DNA of 64,000 nucleotides from the IMG/VR virus record IMGVR_UViG_3300045988_118736; one strand, 5' to 3'. Shown in pieces: positions 1 through 7,925 of the stretch. The DNA comes from a virus. Below the pieces are notes generated by a model. It saw nothing but the letters and a program-made list of their open reading frames with translations, was not told where the DNA came from and did not search any database. The position numbers and the translations under genes were made by a program. How positions within the stretch are numbered: position 1 is the first letter of the stretch; each line of letters starts with the position of its first letter.

Positions 1-55
1 AAAATGTTTATGTGATGGGAGAGATATGAGAAAAATGTTTATGTGATGGGAGAGA
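1..55. repeat. perfect 24-bp direct repeat x2 (AAAATGTTTATGTGATGGGAGAGA at 1-24 and 32-55)
   Basis: read directly; period 31 bp; followed by G-rich GAGAGGGGG. Confidence 0.9.
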
Positions 56-85
56 GGGGGTACCTATCACGAACCTCCCGCCCCC

Positions 86-138
86 GAAACGCGTTTTCTC
101 CCCACACCCCCTTCGCTGGAAAACCGGAAACGCGTTTT
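86..138. repeat. two copies of palindrome-containing motif GAAACGCGTTTT (86-98 and 127-138; AAACGCGTTT dyad)
   Basis: read directly; C-rich spacer between copies. Confidence 0.85.
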
Positions 139-542
139 TACCTCAAACCTACAAACTCGCTGATTATCAATCACTTATTTAAATTATTAATAATCAATGT
201 GTTATTATAACATATTGATTATAAGTAACTTAAGCAAACATATATCCCACATATTAATGTACGCGTGTAATACCGCTCCTGTATGTTTTTATAACTTGCT
301 GATAATCAGATAATATAATCGAAATTAATACAAATTAACAAAAAAAAGATAGCATATATATATGTAATACCGAAAAAGGTTGTATATTTGCACCGTATTC
401 AAGCGAGAATATTGGCGTTACATAATGAAGCTATATATATACTCCCGTTGGGTGTATTGTATGGCGATACCTTTTGCCTCTTTGCGTTGTAGAGAGGTGA
501 TATATTGAGGTGATATTGTTTAACAAATAAATACATATTGAT

Positions 543-1082
543 ATGATTACAAAGAAAAATGTTAACAAGCTACAGAACGCTGTTATTAAAGAGAATGCCT
601 CTAACCTGGTGGGTGCTGTAAAGTTGTATAATGCTTTATTTGCAAATGGTGCTGACCTGAAAGCAATTTGTAAGACGTTGGAAATACCAGCCGAATATGC
701 TGTAAAGGTTGCAGCACTCGCAAAGGACAAAAAACGGCTGGTTGCCGTGTGTAGCCAAATGTTGCCTAAAGTGGGTGATACCTTTGTTAAATTTTCTCTA
801 TACTCTAAAGTATATAAGGATAACAAGGTAGACAAGGAAAAAGGAATCGAGGCAAAAACGGCTGATTGGTGCGCGGAAAATGTGATTTATGGCGGGGAGT
901 ATAAATCTTTCGGTTTTTCAACCGCTGAAACGTTGGAGACTAAAAAAAGCGCAAAGTGGCTTGTTAAAGAAACGGATGAGTATAAAGCTACTTATGTAGC
1001 CGTTAAGATTAAATCTTATTCAATCCGTACCATTGCAAAGTGCGTGAGTGAGTATTTAACACATGAAAGCAACCAGCAGTAA
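543..1082 (+). CDS. hypothetical protein (179 aa)
   Basis: first ORF after leader; ATG start; no motif recognised. Confidence 0.5.
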   Translation: MITKKNVNKLQNAVIKENASNLVGAVKLYNALFANGADLKAICKTLEIPAEYAVKVAALAKDKKRLVAVCSQMLPKVGDTFVKFSLYSKVYKDNKVDKEKGIEAKTADWCAENVIYGGEYKSFGFSTAETLETKKSAKWLVKETDEYKATYVAVKIKSYSIRTIAKCVSEYLTHESNQQ

Positions 1083-1593
1083 AAAAAAAGGTTAGGCGCG
1101 TACCGTTAAACGCGCTTGTACGCCGTTGTCAGTGGGTGCACGTCCCGCGTATGCTTTAGACTGAAGCTGACAAAACAGAGAGTTATTTTACATATTGGAG
1201 ATAGATATACCGGTATCGAAGCCGTTGGCAATTAAAAATACGGTATTGCTGCATGAACTGCACTAAATAAGTGTGGTTTATGTTAGGTATGTTAGTACAG
1301 TTTGGAAAACATACCGTTGTACGCGGTTTATCTCCAGACCGAAACGTGTCTTACTTGCCTACACGTAAAATAGGACAAGGCTGTAGATTAAATTACAGGG
1401 TATAAACATGTAGCCTACCATGTAGGAGCGTGATATATCAAAGCGCAAGGACACAATCGCCTTTATTTGTGGCTAAGTTGTGTAGCAGACGGAAAATATA
1501 ATAACAACATAGTACGGGCCTGTACACAAGAACTACGTACTAATTACGGGCTGTTGGTTGTAGCATAAAATTCGTATAGAATAGGAATGCGTG

Positions 1594-1610
1594 TTCGGTT
1601 CGATTCCGGA
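1594..1610 (+). promoter_or_regulatory. T-arm-like hairpin TTCGG-TTCGATT-CCGGA, 34 nt upstream of ATG 1642
   Basis: 5-bp stem with tRNA T-loop sequence; one of three copies with compensatory stem changes. Confidence 0.6.
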
Positions 1611-1641
1611 GCAACCTCTAAATTATAAACAATATAATAAC

Positions 1642-1812
1642 ATGGGAAAGAAAGCAATGATCAACGCTTTAACTGAAGCGTTCAATAAATCTAAAAACAG
1701 TTGCGTAAAAATAACATTGCGTAACTATATCGAGACGGTTGAAGCACTAAGCGAAAGTGAGTACAAAGAGGCGGAAGGTTTCTATATTGAAGCACTTAAC
1801 CGCTGGGGTTAA
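1642..1812 (+). CDS. hypothetical small protein (56 aa; track ORF 1591 trimmed to ATG 1642)
   Basis: upstream extension overlaps the T-arm hairpin, so the internal ATG is the likely start. Confidence 0.4.
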   Translation: MGKKAMINALTEAFNKSKNSCVKITLRNYIETVEALSESEYKEAEGFYIEALNRWG

Positions 1813-1834
1813 TCATAATTAAAGCATAAAGAAA

Positions 1835-2041
1835 ATGGAAAGGAAATTTAAATCTCACATGGTAGACGTTCGCGGTCTGTCCAGGAAAGAAGCTAAAGAA
1901 AAGCGGAAAAGAGCGTATCGTGAATTTATGTTGTATCGTGATCTCAAAGAAGCGTATCATGCCGATACAGGAAAGGACAAATGCAAGCGTAAAGTTCATA
2001 CATCACGAACATACGTCAAGGAAAACATAAACAGCATTTAA
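1835..2041 (+). CDS. small basic protein (68 aa), possible nucleic-acid binding
   Basis: K/R-rich; followed by clear terminator. Confidence 0.5.
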   Translation: MERKFKSHMVDVRGLSRKEAKEKRKRAYREFMLYRDLKEAYHADTGKDKCKRKVHTSRTYVKENINSI

Positions 2042-2048
2042 ATAGGAG

Positions 2049-2084
2049 TAGGGTTGTTCCGAACGTCGGAGCAGCCCTATTTTC
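2049..2084 (+). terminator. rho-independent terminator after 1835..2041
   Basis: 8-bp stem TAGGGTTG/CAGCCCTA enclosing inner TCCGA-ACG-TCGGA hairpin, then TATTTT. Confidence 0.7.
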
Positions 2085-2145
2085 GTATCCTACTCTTTCT
2101 ATTTACGGGTAGGTATTCTGAGAGTGAACGGCGGATGTGTGCCAT

Positions 2146-2238
2146 ATTGGTCTAAAACGAAACTAAAATAGGATAGTTTGGATATAATGCCGGTATTTTG
2201 TCTATATATTGTCGTTAAAATTGGTCTAAAACGAAACT
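2146..2238. repeat. 19-mer ATTGGTCTAAAACGAAACT repeated at 2146-2164 and 2220-2238
   Basis: exact direct repeat, period 74 bp, in non-coding DNA. Confidence 0.85.
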
Positions 2239-2393
2239 TTAGGCGGTTTTCTGACCCAAAATAGGGCGTCGGATGCCGCCTTTTTCGTCTCTATGGATTG
2301 AAAGTTGGGCTTATTGTATTTTTCTTAAAAATAATGTATTCCTGATTATCAATTAGTTAGGTTTTATAATACCCGTATTTTCGGACATACTTA

Positions 2394-2579
2394 TTGTATT
2401 TTTTTTGTTTTATGTGGTGGTTTTTATTAGTTGCTGACTTGTATTTTTTATCGGTTGGTATCCGTTCTATGTTGGAGTATGGAGCAGATCAGTATAATGT
2501 TGTAATGGTCTTTTGCTTTTCGTTTTTGGCTTTGATTATAGGCTTAAATATCTATATTGATAGGAGGAGCAGACGGTAG
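2394..2579 (+). CDS. small hydrophobic protein (61 aa), doubtful
   Basis: ORF in T-rich non-coding-looking region; two hydrophobic segments. Confidence 0.2.
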   Translation: MYFFCFMWWFLLVADLYFLSVGIRSMLEYGADQYNVVMVFCFSFLALIIGLNIYIDRRSRR

Positions 2580-2732
2580 GGCGTGGGCTGAAGACTCTCT
2601 ATTCTCTCTATGGAATGATATTATCTCTAAACACCCCACACTTCATGCCAGAGTATAAGCTTGTAGCGCTCTCCGTATGCCTGTAGTGAGGCCGAGAGCG
2701 CAGTTTCTATGCAGAAAGTCGGAGGATCAGCC

Positions 2733-2758
2733 GGGGTTGGGGAGAGGGAGAGGGAGGG
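2733..2758 (+). other. G-rich purine tract GGGGTTGGGGAGAGGGAGAGGGAGGG (potential G-quadruplex)
   Basis: five or more G-runs of at least 3 with 1-3 nt loops, immediately upstream of tandem array. Confidence 0.5.
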
Positions 2759-2765
2759 CACTCTC

Positions 2766-2967
2766 TTCCAACAAAATTAAGACTTACAGCGTTTTTAAAA
2801 CAGCATTTTGTAGTTTCTTCCAACAAAATTAAGACTTACAGCGTTTTAAAACAGCATTTTGTAGTTTCTTCCAACAAAATTAAGACTTACAGCGTTTTAA
2901 AACAGCATTATATAGGATTTTCCAACAAAATTAAGACTTACAGCGTTTTTAAAACAGTATTCTGTAG
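2766..2967. repeat. tandem array of four 51-60 bp units with 40-bp conserved core TTCCAACAAAATTAAGACTTACAGCGTTTT(T)AAAACAGCAT (iteron-like)
   Basis: units start 2766, 2818, 2869, 2929; core contains palindrome GTTTTAAAAC (perfect in units 2 and 3); variable 11-20 bp spacers. Confidence 0.9.
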
Positions 2968-3040
2968 GTAAGAGTTAAGGACTGTATTATGTGAGTATTT
3001 TTTTTCAATCGGAATGTATAACAATTAAAACATAAACAAC

Positions 3041-3205
3041 ATGAACGTATATGACTTTGCGCCTGACTTAGATTTGAGTAAGGAGGTAGAAGGTTCTATT
3101 TTTGGGGTGAAAGGAATAGAAGGTAGTGATGGTATAGTATATGCTAAGGTAGTTAGCTGTGAAGAAGTTAAGGATTACAGTTGTGATAGGTGTATTTTTT
3201 TATGA
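3041..3205 (+). CDS. small Cys-motif protein (54 aa), paralog of 5128..5376 and 24185..24382
   Basis: not in ORF track (<60 aa); shares FAPDLDLSKEVEGSIF and CDRCIF motifs with paralogs. Confidence 0.45.
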   Translation: MNVYDFAPDLDLSKEVEGSIFGVKGIEGSDGIVYAKVVSCEEVKDYSCDRCIFL

Positions 3206-3393
3206 TTGTTATAAGGATAAATGTTTGTTATCGCGTAGTGTTAGTTGTGTAGATGGAGACTGGCTTTGTAGGTACGAACAGGCTGCCATAGAGGGGGAGT
3301 AGGCGGCGCCTTGGGCTAAGGCCTGCGGTTGTAGGTGGAACGTAGGTCGGAGCAGAGCCGGGACAGTTTATTGTGGAACGTAAAAAGAAAAAA

Positions 3394-3658
3394 GATGGAA
3401 AGAACAATACATTATATTTGGATAAATTGGATATCTTATACAGGTTCGAAAAGTAGTAGACTAATAAGCAACAGGTTTATGCCGGTATCAGATGCCAAAG
3501 AGATGATATTAAGAACGAGTGCTAAAGAATTGCTTAAACACAGACCGAGTTGGTTAAAGGACTGTGTTCGTATTAGTGTAAGCGCACAGGATATTACGAC
3601 CGGAGAGATCCTGTATAGAAGAACTATAAACATAAAGAAGAAGGAGGAAATAATATGA
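3394..3658 (+). CDS. hypothetical protein (88 aa; track 3335 trimmed to ATG 3394)
   Basis: upstream part is GC-rich hairpin DNA; ATG 3394 follows an A-rich stretch. Confidence 0.4.
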
Positions 3659-3735
3659 AAAAGGCATTTAAGATATTTTCTATTATGTTTGTCATAGAAA
3701 TAGTGCTGATAGCTATTTTAGATGATATGGCGTAA
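3655..3735 (+). CDS. tiny hydrophobic peptide (26 aa), speculative
   Basis: ATGA overlap with preceding stop; single TM-like segment; below track cutoff. Confidence 0.2.
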   Translation: MKKAFKIFSIMFVIEIVLIAILDDMA

Positions 3736-3778
3736 GTGAGAAAAATTTCTTCATTAATTTTCTTATGCTTTAGACAGA

Positions 3779-3814
3779 ATGCTCCCGTCTGAGAAGATCG
3801 GAGCATTTGCTTTA
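3779..3814 (+). terminator. intrinsic terminator, GNRA-capped (ATGCTCC / loop with TCT-GAGA-AGA / GGAGCAT then TTGCTTTA)
   Basis: 7-bp stem plus T-rich tail after 3655..3735. Confidence 0.65.
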
Positions 3815-3834
3815 TGGGATTCATGGTGCGGTAG

Positions 3835-3851
3835 GCTGGTTCGATTCCGGC
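3835..3851 (+). promoter_or_regulatory. T-arm-like hairpin GCTGG-TTCGATT-CCGGC, 34 nt upstream of ATG 3883
   Basis: same motif as 1594 and 5083; stem differs but stays complementary. Confidence 0.6.
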
Positions 3852-3882
3852 GATCTCACACAACATTAAAATAGGGAAGAAC

Positions 3883-4287
3883 ATGTTAAAAGAAGAATTT
3901 GAAGAACTGATTAAAAGGGAGGTAAACGAAAATCAGTATAAAAACATAGAAACGGCATACGAGGCTTTGCCGGAGTATATGGATAAGATGTATTTAGCAA
4001 GTGCTATTTCAAATGATATTGGGAAAGCTATTAATGTCTTATCGTTTTTAGGATCGTATATAAGCGAGTTAATGGGTTCGATAATAATCGAAAGGCAAAA
4101 GGTGGAATCATGTGCCTATGATTTAATAAATAAATCGCATGAGGAGGATGACTTGAAAGCAAGAGAGATTGCCGTGCGATTAATAGGAGAGGGGGAAACA
4201 GTGGCATACACAGTAAAAGAAGGGCTGCCATTGTGGGAACAAGATAAAAAGTTTATAATAGAATTAATGAAGGAGGAAAGAAAATGA
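3883..4287 (+). CDS. hypothetical protein (134 aa)
   Basis: ATG 34 nt after T-arm hairpin; overlaps next gene start (ATGA). Confidence 0.55.
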   Translation: MLKEEFEELIKREVNENQYKNIETAYEALPEYMDKMYLASAISNDIGKAINVLSFLGSYISELMGSIIIERQKVESCAYDLINKSHEEDDLKAREIAVRLIGEGETVAYTVKEGLPLWEQDKKFIIELMKEERK

Positions 4288-4625
4288 AAGACGGTATTGT
4301 ATTGCATCCAGAGCATGGGTTGAATCCATCCATAGAACTATGCATAGTATGTGGCGAAGAGATGGGGATTGCTTTATTAGGGAATAACATCAAAGGGCAG
4401 GCGCCGCATCATATATGCACGGGAGAAATATGTGACAATTGCAAAAAGATAATAGATGACGGAGGTTGTTTTATTATCGAAGTCGAGGATGGATCAGATC
4501 AAAAGAATCCGTATCGTACAGGGAGATATTGCGCGATAAAGAAAGAAGCAGCAAAGAAAATACTTGGACAGGAACATAGTGTTGTGTACATGGAAAAGTC
4601 TGCATACAGTCAAATAATACCATAA
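4284..4625 (+). CDS. zinc-ribbon protein (113 aa)
   Basis: CIVCGEE...CTGEICDNC paired CxxC motifs. Confidence 0.55.
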   Translation: MKDGIVLHPEHGLNPSIELCIVCGEEMGIALLGNNIKGQAPHHICTGEICDNCKKIIDDGGCFIIEVEDGSDQKNPYRTGRYCAIKKEAAKKILGQEHSVVYMEKSAYSQIIP

Positions 4626-4639
4626 AAATAAAGAAAGAT

Positions 4640-4954
4640 ATGTTTACAAAAGAAGAGCGATTATTCATTTGGAAAAAGGTATATGAGATGATTGATTGGC
4701 AAGAGGATGGGGAATACATATGTGTTGCGTTAAGAAATGTAGTGTTTATGTATTTCAAAAAACATAAAAATATTTATGAGTTTCGTTCAGACGAAATGGT
4801 GAGAATATATTTCCCGGAATTGGAGGAAAAGAAAAGTATGGCTACAGAACCAGAAGAAGAATGGAGGATATATGGATGGTTTGGCAGTATTAGTCCAGAA
4901 ACGAAGGAGGTGAGGCTAAATATCGTAAAAGACATTATAAAAGAATTAGAATAG
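4640..4954 (+). CDS. hypothetical protein (104 aa)
   Basis: ORF followed by terminator 5001-5038. Confidence 0.5.
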   Translation: MFTKEERLFIWKKVYEMIDWQEDGEYICVALRNVVFMYFKKHKNIYEFRSDEMVRIYFPELEEKKSMATEPEEEWRIYGWFGSISPETKEVRLNIVKDIIKELE

Positions 4955-5000
4955 TATTTTTGTTAATCTATTTTATTCATCAAATTAAGTTTTGGGTTTT

Positions 5001-5038
5001 GGCATGTCGGTTCGTGAGAATAGGCATGCCTATTTCTG
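5001..5038 (+). terminator. intrinsic terminator GGCATG...(TTC-GTGA-GAA)ATAGG...CATGCC then TATTTCTG
   Basis: 6-bp GC stem, GNRA tetraloop on 3-bp upper stem, T-rich tail; follows 4640..4954. Confidence 0.65.
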
Positions 5039-5082
5039 TATCATAGAGGGATGGCGCGGCGTGCCGGTATGTATGTGTCGGT

Positions 5083-5099
5083 TCTGGTTCGATTCCAGG
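5083..5099 (+). promoter_or_regulatory. T-arm-like hairpin TCTGG-TTCGATT-CCAGG, 31 nt upstream of ATG 5128
   Basis: third copy of GGTTCGATTCC motif. Confidence 0.6.
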
Positions 5100-5127
5100 A
5101 ATCTCACAAACAATAAATCATAATCAT

Positions 5128-5376
5128 ATGGAAGTAATAACATTCAGTCCGGACATGGATTTATCTTCTAAAGAAGCAGGAGATGTATTTAGATTAAAAT
5201 TGTATGGCATAGAGTATGATGTCAAAGTAGTTGGTGATGACGAAGATCCTCTTATGTTCTGCAAAGATTGTATATTTTTTAACAACTCCGAACGGTGTTC
5301 ACTCTCAGAATCGCAAGACTGGTGCTTAAAAAAGCAAGTTGTTTACTGTAAAATAAGACATGATGGGGGAATTTAA
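5128..5376 (+). CDS. small Cys-motif protein (82 aa), paralog family CKDCIFF
   Basis: FSPDMDLSSKEAGDVF and CKDCIFF match 3041 ORF. Confidence 0.5.
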   Translation: MEVITFSPDMDLSSKEAGDVFRLKLYGIEYDVKVVGDDEDPLMFCKDCIFFNNSERCSLSESQDWCLKKQVVYCKIRHDGGI

Positions 5377-5557
5377 TGCGAAAGACGCCAATTTCTTATG
5401 GCGTCAAATTGGTAGGATTGATGGGGTGATAGAAACTCTGAACCGTACCGAAGGAGAGATGCCGGAAATTATAGCCGGAGTGCTAAAAAGAATAAGAGAC
5501 GATATAGATAAGTTTGTAGATAATAAAACAAAAGATTATGAGAATATACAAGAATGA
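5360..5557 (+). CDS. hypothetical protein (65 aa)
   Basis: short overlapping ORF in operon. Confidence 0.35.
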   Translation: MMGEFNAKDANFLWRQIGRIDGVIETLNRTEGEMPEIIAGVLKRIRDDIDKFVDNKTKDYENIQE

Positions 5558-5768
5558 TATTATAAAGGCGTCAGCGATAAGCACCGGCGCAGACAGAGGT
5601 GTGTTACTGTGTTCAATAACAGATTCGGGATTCACGTCTATAGCGGGCGTAATATCGGCTGTTAAGGATAAGTTACCAGGCAAAGATCATAAGAAGATGA
5701 TTTTTGAAATACGGAATGATGGAAGAAACGAATATGGCAGATATAATAATTGTGGAGGAAAAATATGA
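5538..5768 (+). CDS. hypothetical protein (76 aa)
   Basis: short ORF; ATGA overlap with next gene. Confidence 0.35.
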   Translation: MRIYKNDIIKASAISTGADRGVLLCSITDSGFTSIAGVISAVKDKLPGKDHKKMIFEIRNDGRNEYGRYNNCGGKI

Positions 5769-5977
5769 AATACAGAGGTCTGTTGCTCCCTATGATATTA
5801 GCTGCAATGTGCGGAGATGATGCCTTTGTGCTAAATACTAAAAGGGGAAAAGGAATGCAATCTACATATAGAAGAGAAAAGATTGTCAGAACAGAAAAAG
5901 AATTTGATATTAATGGCACTAAAGTAATGGCATACTCAAGAAAGGATGCCATTAAAAGATTAAAACATAAGAAGTAG
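5765..5977 (+). CDS. small secreted or lipoprotein-like protein (70 aa)
   Basis: GGAGG RBS before ATG 5765; N-terminus MKYRGLLLPMILAAMCG looks like a signal peptide. Confidence 0.45.
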   Translation: MKYRGLLLPMILAAMCGDDAFVLNTKRGKGMQSTYRREKIVRTEKEFDINGTKVMAYSRKDAIKRLKHKK

Positions 5978-6143
5978 AAAACGGATTTTTATGTTAATGT
6001 TAGTTTTTTCATTTTTATTGAAAGGAGCGCCGGCCTGTGAAGGTATGCGCTCTTTGTATTTGTATAATGCTTGACATACTCCCATCGCTAAAGCAAACGG
6101 GATTCTTGGATACAAACGTACGGAACCCCCCGGTTTTACAATC

Positions 6144-6187
6144 GTTGGAATCACCCGCACTTTCCAACTCGGAAATGCCCTTCCGAG
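6144..6187 (+). other. twin hairpins sharing arms (GTTGGAA/TTCCAAC and CTCGGAA/TTCCGAG) in 300-bp intergenic region
   Basis: two 7-bp stems read directly; candidate structured RNA. Confidence 0.4.
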
Positions 6188-6278
6188 GTCGCAAGACAGG
6201 GCAAATATAATGTTTAATTATCATCTGACACATAAATGGGATCAGTATTACCATTAAATAACATAAAACAATAATAAT

Positions 6279-6533
6279 ATGACAGATAATAACATAGACG
6301 TGAATATCGTACCTGTAAAGAATGGCGCGAAACGTGTTGTGGTATCATATTACCATTATTCACGCAAGGACAAAAATCACATGAGTTCCCAAACGGATTA
6401 CGTGTGGGAAACAAAGAATGAAGAAATGTTTAAATACTTTGAGGCCAGGAGGACAAAAGTATTTTATAGTCAGATTCGTGCCATGTGTAGATTCTATGGC
6501 AAGAAAAATGTACGTAAATACAAAAAGCTATGA
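6279..6533 (+). CDS. hypothetical protein (84 aa)
   Basis: ORF; overlaps next start. Confidence 0.5.
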   Translation: MTDNNIDVNIVPVKNGAKRVVVSYYHYSRKDKNHMSSQTDYVWETKNEEMFKYFEARRTKVFYSQIRAMCRFYGKKNVRKYKKL

Positions 6534-7339
6534 TATTAAAAACAACAACCAACGAATTTTGTTTCATTAACGTAAGTTTTTATGAAACAATAGCAGACCC
6601 GCGTCATTTCTTTTCACAGGAATATGATGAGATGCCGGAATATGAAGAAGAATCGGATTTTGATTTTGATTCTTATTGCAATAAGTTTGTTCCTTTTGTA
6701 CAGGAATGGGCGAATGAGGTGGGTGAACGCCTTTATGAATATGGTGTGAATAACATAAAGGTAATATCGGTAGGACATCCAAAAGAGTACAATTATGATA
6801 CTGATTGGATGGATGTAAGGATAGAGTTTTGTGATGAATGGAGGCAAAAGATGTTATCTAACATTGGTAAGATTGTTAATGATGATAAATGCAAGAAGTA
6901 TGCGGAGGCTAATTATCGGTCGGTACCAGGATACATCTTTTTAAGGCCTGAAGATTTAAAGGAATTTGAAAAGAAAATAATAGAAAGAAAGTCGGATTCT
7001 GGATATGATGTAACAATATTATTAAACATGTATCTAACTTTGGCTTTTGTAAAAGAATTTGGATTTAAAGCCGGAGAAGCATGGAGTGAAATAACAGAAT
7101 ATGCTTACGGATGTTTGTCGTATTCTGATTTTGCAACAACAGAGATGCTTATACCAGAAGGTTCGGAGCATTTATTCAAAGACATTTACACGGCAAAGGC
7201 CGACGAATTATATCATCATGTCCTGGATAAATTCGGATGGGCGTGGCGTGATCCGAAATATAAGTCAGAAACAGAATTATGCGCAATGTTAAAATGGGCA
7301 AAAGAAAAAGGCTTGACCATTGAAGAGTTAAGTATTTAA
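6530..7339 (+). CDS. hypothetical protein (269 aa)
   Basis: long ORF; acidic N-region; no motif recognised. Confidence 0.55.
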   Translation: MILKTTTNEFCFINVSFYETIADPRHFFSQEYDEMPEYEEESDFDFDSYCNKFVPFVQEWANEVGERLYEYGVNNIKVISVGHPKEYNYDTDWMDVRIEFCDEWRQKMLSNIGKIVNDDKCKKYAEANYRSVPGYIFLRPEDLKEFEKKIIERKSDSGYDVTILLNMYLTLAFVKEFGFKAGEAWSEITEYAYGCLSYSDFATTEMLIPEGSEHLFKDIYTAKADELYHHVLDKFGWAWRDPKYKSETELCAMLKWAKEKGLTIEELSI

Positions 7340-7352
7340 TTGTTAAACATAA

Positions 7353-7384
7353 GGCAGTAGTGGTGCGTGAGTATAGGTGCTGCC
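7353..7384 (+). terminator. hairpin GGCAG...(TGC-GTGA-GTA)TAGG...CTGCC after 6530..7339 (weak T-tail)
   Basis: same GNRA-capped architecture; AT-rich tail only. Confidence 0.4.
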
Positions 7385-7402
7385 GTTAAAATATTTTATA
7401 AG

Positions 7403-7651
7403 ATGAAAAAAGAAGAGATTCAAACTATTTTATACACAATCAAAGAAGGAGACAGTATTAAGATCAAAGTACAAGACAAAAGTGAAGAGATAAGACTGCG
7501 GGATCATGTAAGAAGAGTACAGAAATACGGATACAGGTTTTGTTTGTCTCATTTACATGATGGAATTTTCTATCTGGAGAAGTTGAAAGAAGGGGACAAG
7601 GATAAATACTATAGAGTAATAAACAGAGGAAATGGAAAGACCGGAGTATAA
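7403..7651 (+). CDS. hypothetical protein (83 aa; trimmed from 7367)
   Basis: track start lies inside terminator hairpin; ATG 7403 in frame. Confidence 0.45.
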   Translation: MKKEEIQTILYTIKEGDSIKIKVQDKSEEIRLRDHVRRVQKYGYRFCLSHLHDGIFYLEKLKEGDKDKYYRVINRGNGKTGV

Positions 7652-7925
7652 TAAGCTACGCAAAATGGCTAAGACTACTCCAGGTCTGATAGTGGACGAG
7701 GTGCAAAACATGATGCGTGTATCGCTATACGATAATGGGGAACTTAAGAAGGTGGTAGTAGTAATGAAATGCGATTCTTTTTTACAGTCAAAAAGTAACA
7801 TAGAAAAGATAATGTTATTATCATCTTCTATAGAAGACAGAAAAAACAAAGAAAAAAATAAAACAAAATCAGAAAATGAACAGAATAACAAAAATAAGAG
7901 AAGAAATAGGAGGAAAACAGGTTGA
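7632..7925 (+). CDS. hypothetical protein (97 aa) with K/N/E-rich low-complexity tail
   Basis: ORF; basic C-terminus. Confidence 0.45.
   Translation: MERPEYNKLRKMAKTTPGLIVDEVQNMMRVSLYDNGELKKVVVVMKCDSFLQSKSNIEKIMLLSSSIEDRKNKEKNKTKSENEQNNKNKRRNRRKTG

Noticed and set aside
431-835. Minus-strand ORF 431..835 and similar antisense ORFs inside plus-strand genes (for example 10892..11404, 16059..16406, 33830..34171, 31356..31754)
   Set aside because: They overlap better-supported co-directional genes and are typical shadow frames.
2766-2967. Possible CRISPR mini-array
   Set aside because: Only four units. The variable segments are 11-20 bp, far shorter than spacers. No cas genes or leader-like features are present. 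The unit carries a protein-binding-type palindrome, so it looks like iterons.
1594-5107. Canonical tRNA genes at the three GGTTCGATTCC sites
   Set aside because: T-arm is convincing, but no 7-bp acceptor stem can be closed and there is no D-arm or anticodon arm of proper size. The sequences between sites are otherwise unrelated. Kept as T-arm-like regulatory hairpins instead.
5960-6254. Minus-strand ORFs 5960..6160 and 6015..6254 in the structured intergenic region
   Set aside because: Opposite to the local transcription direction and overlapping hairpins. Treated as non-coding.
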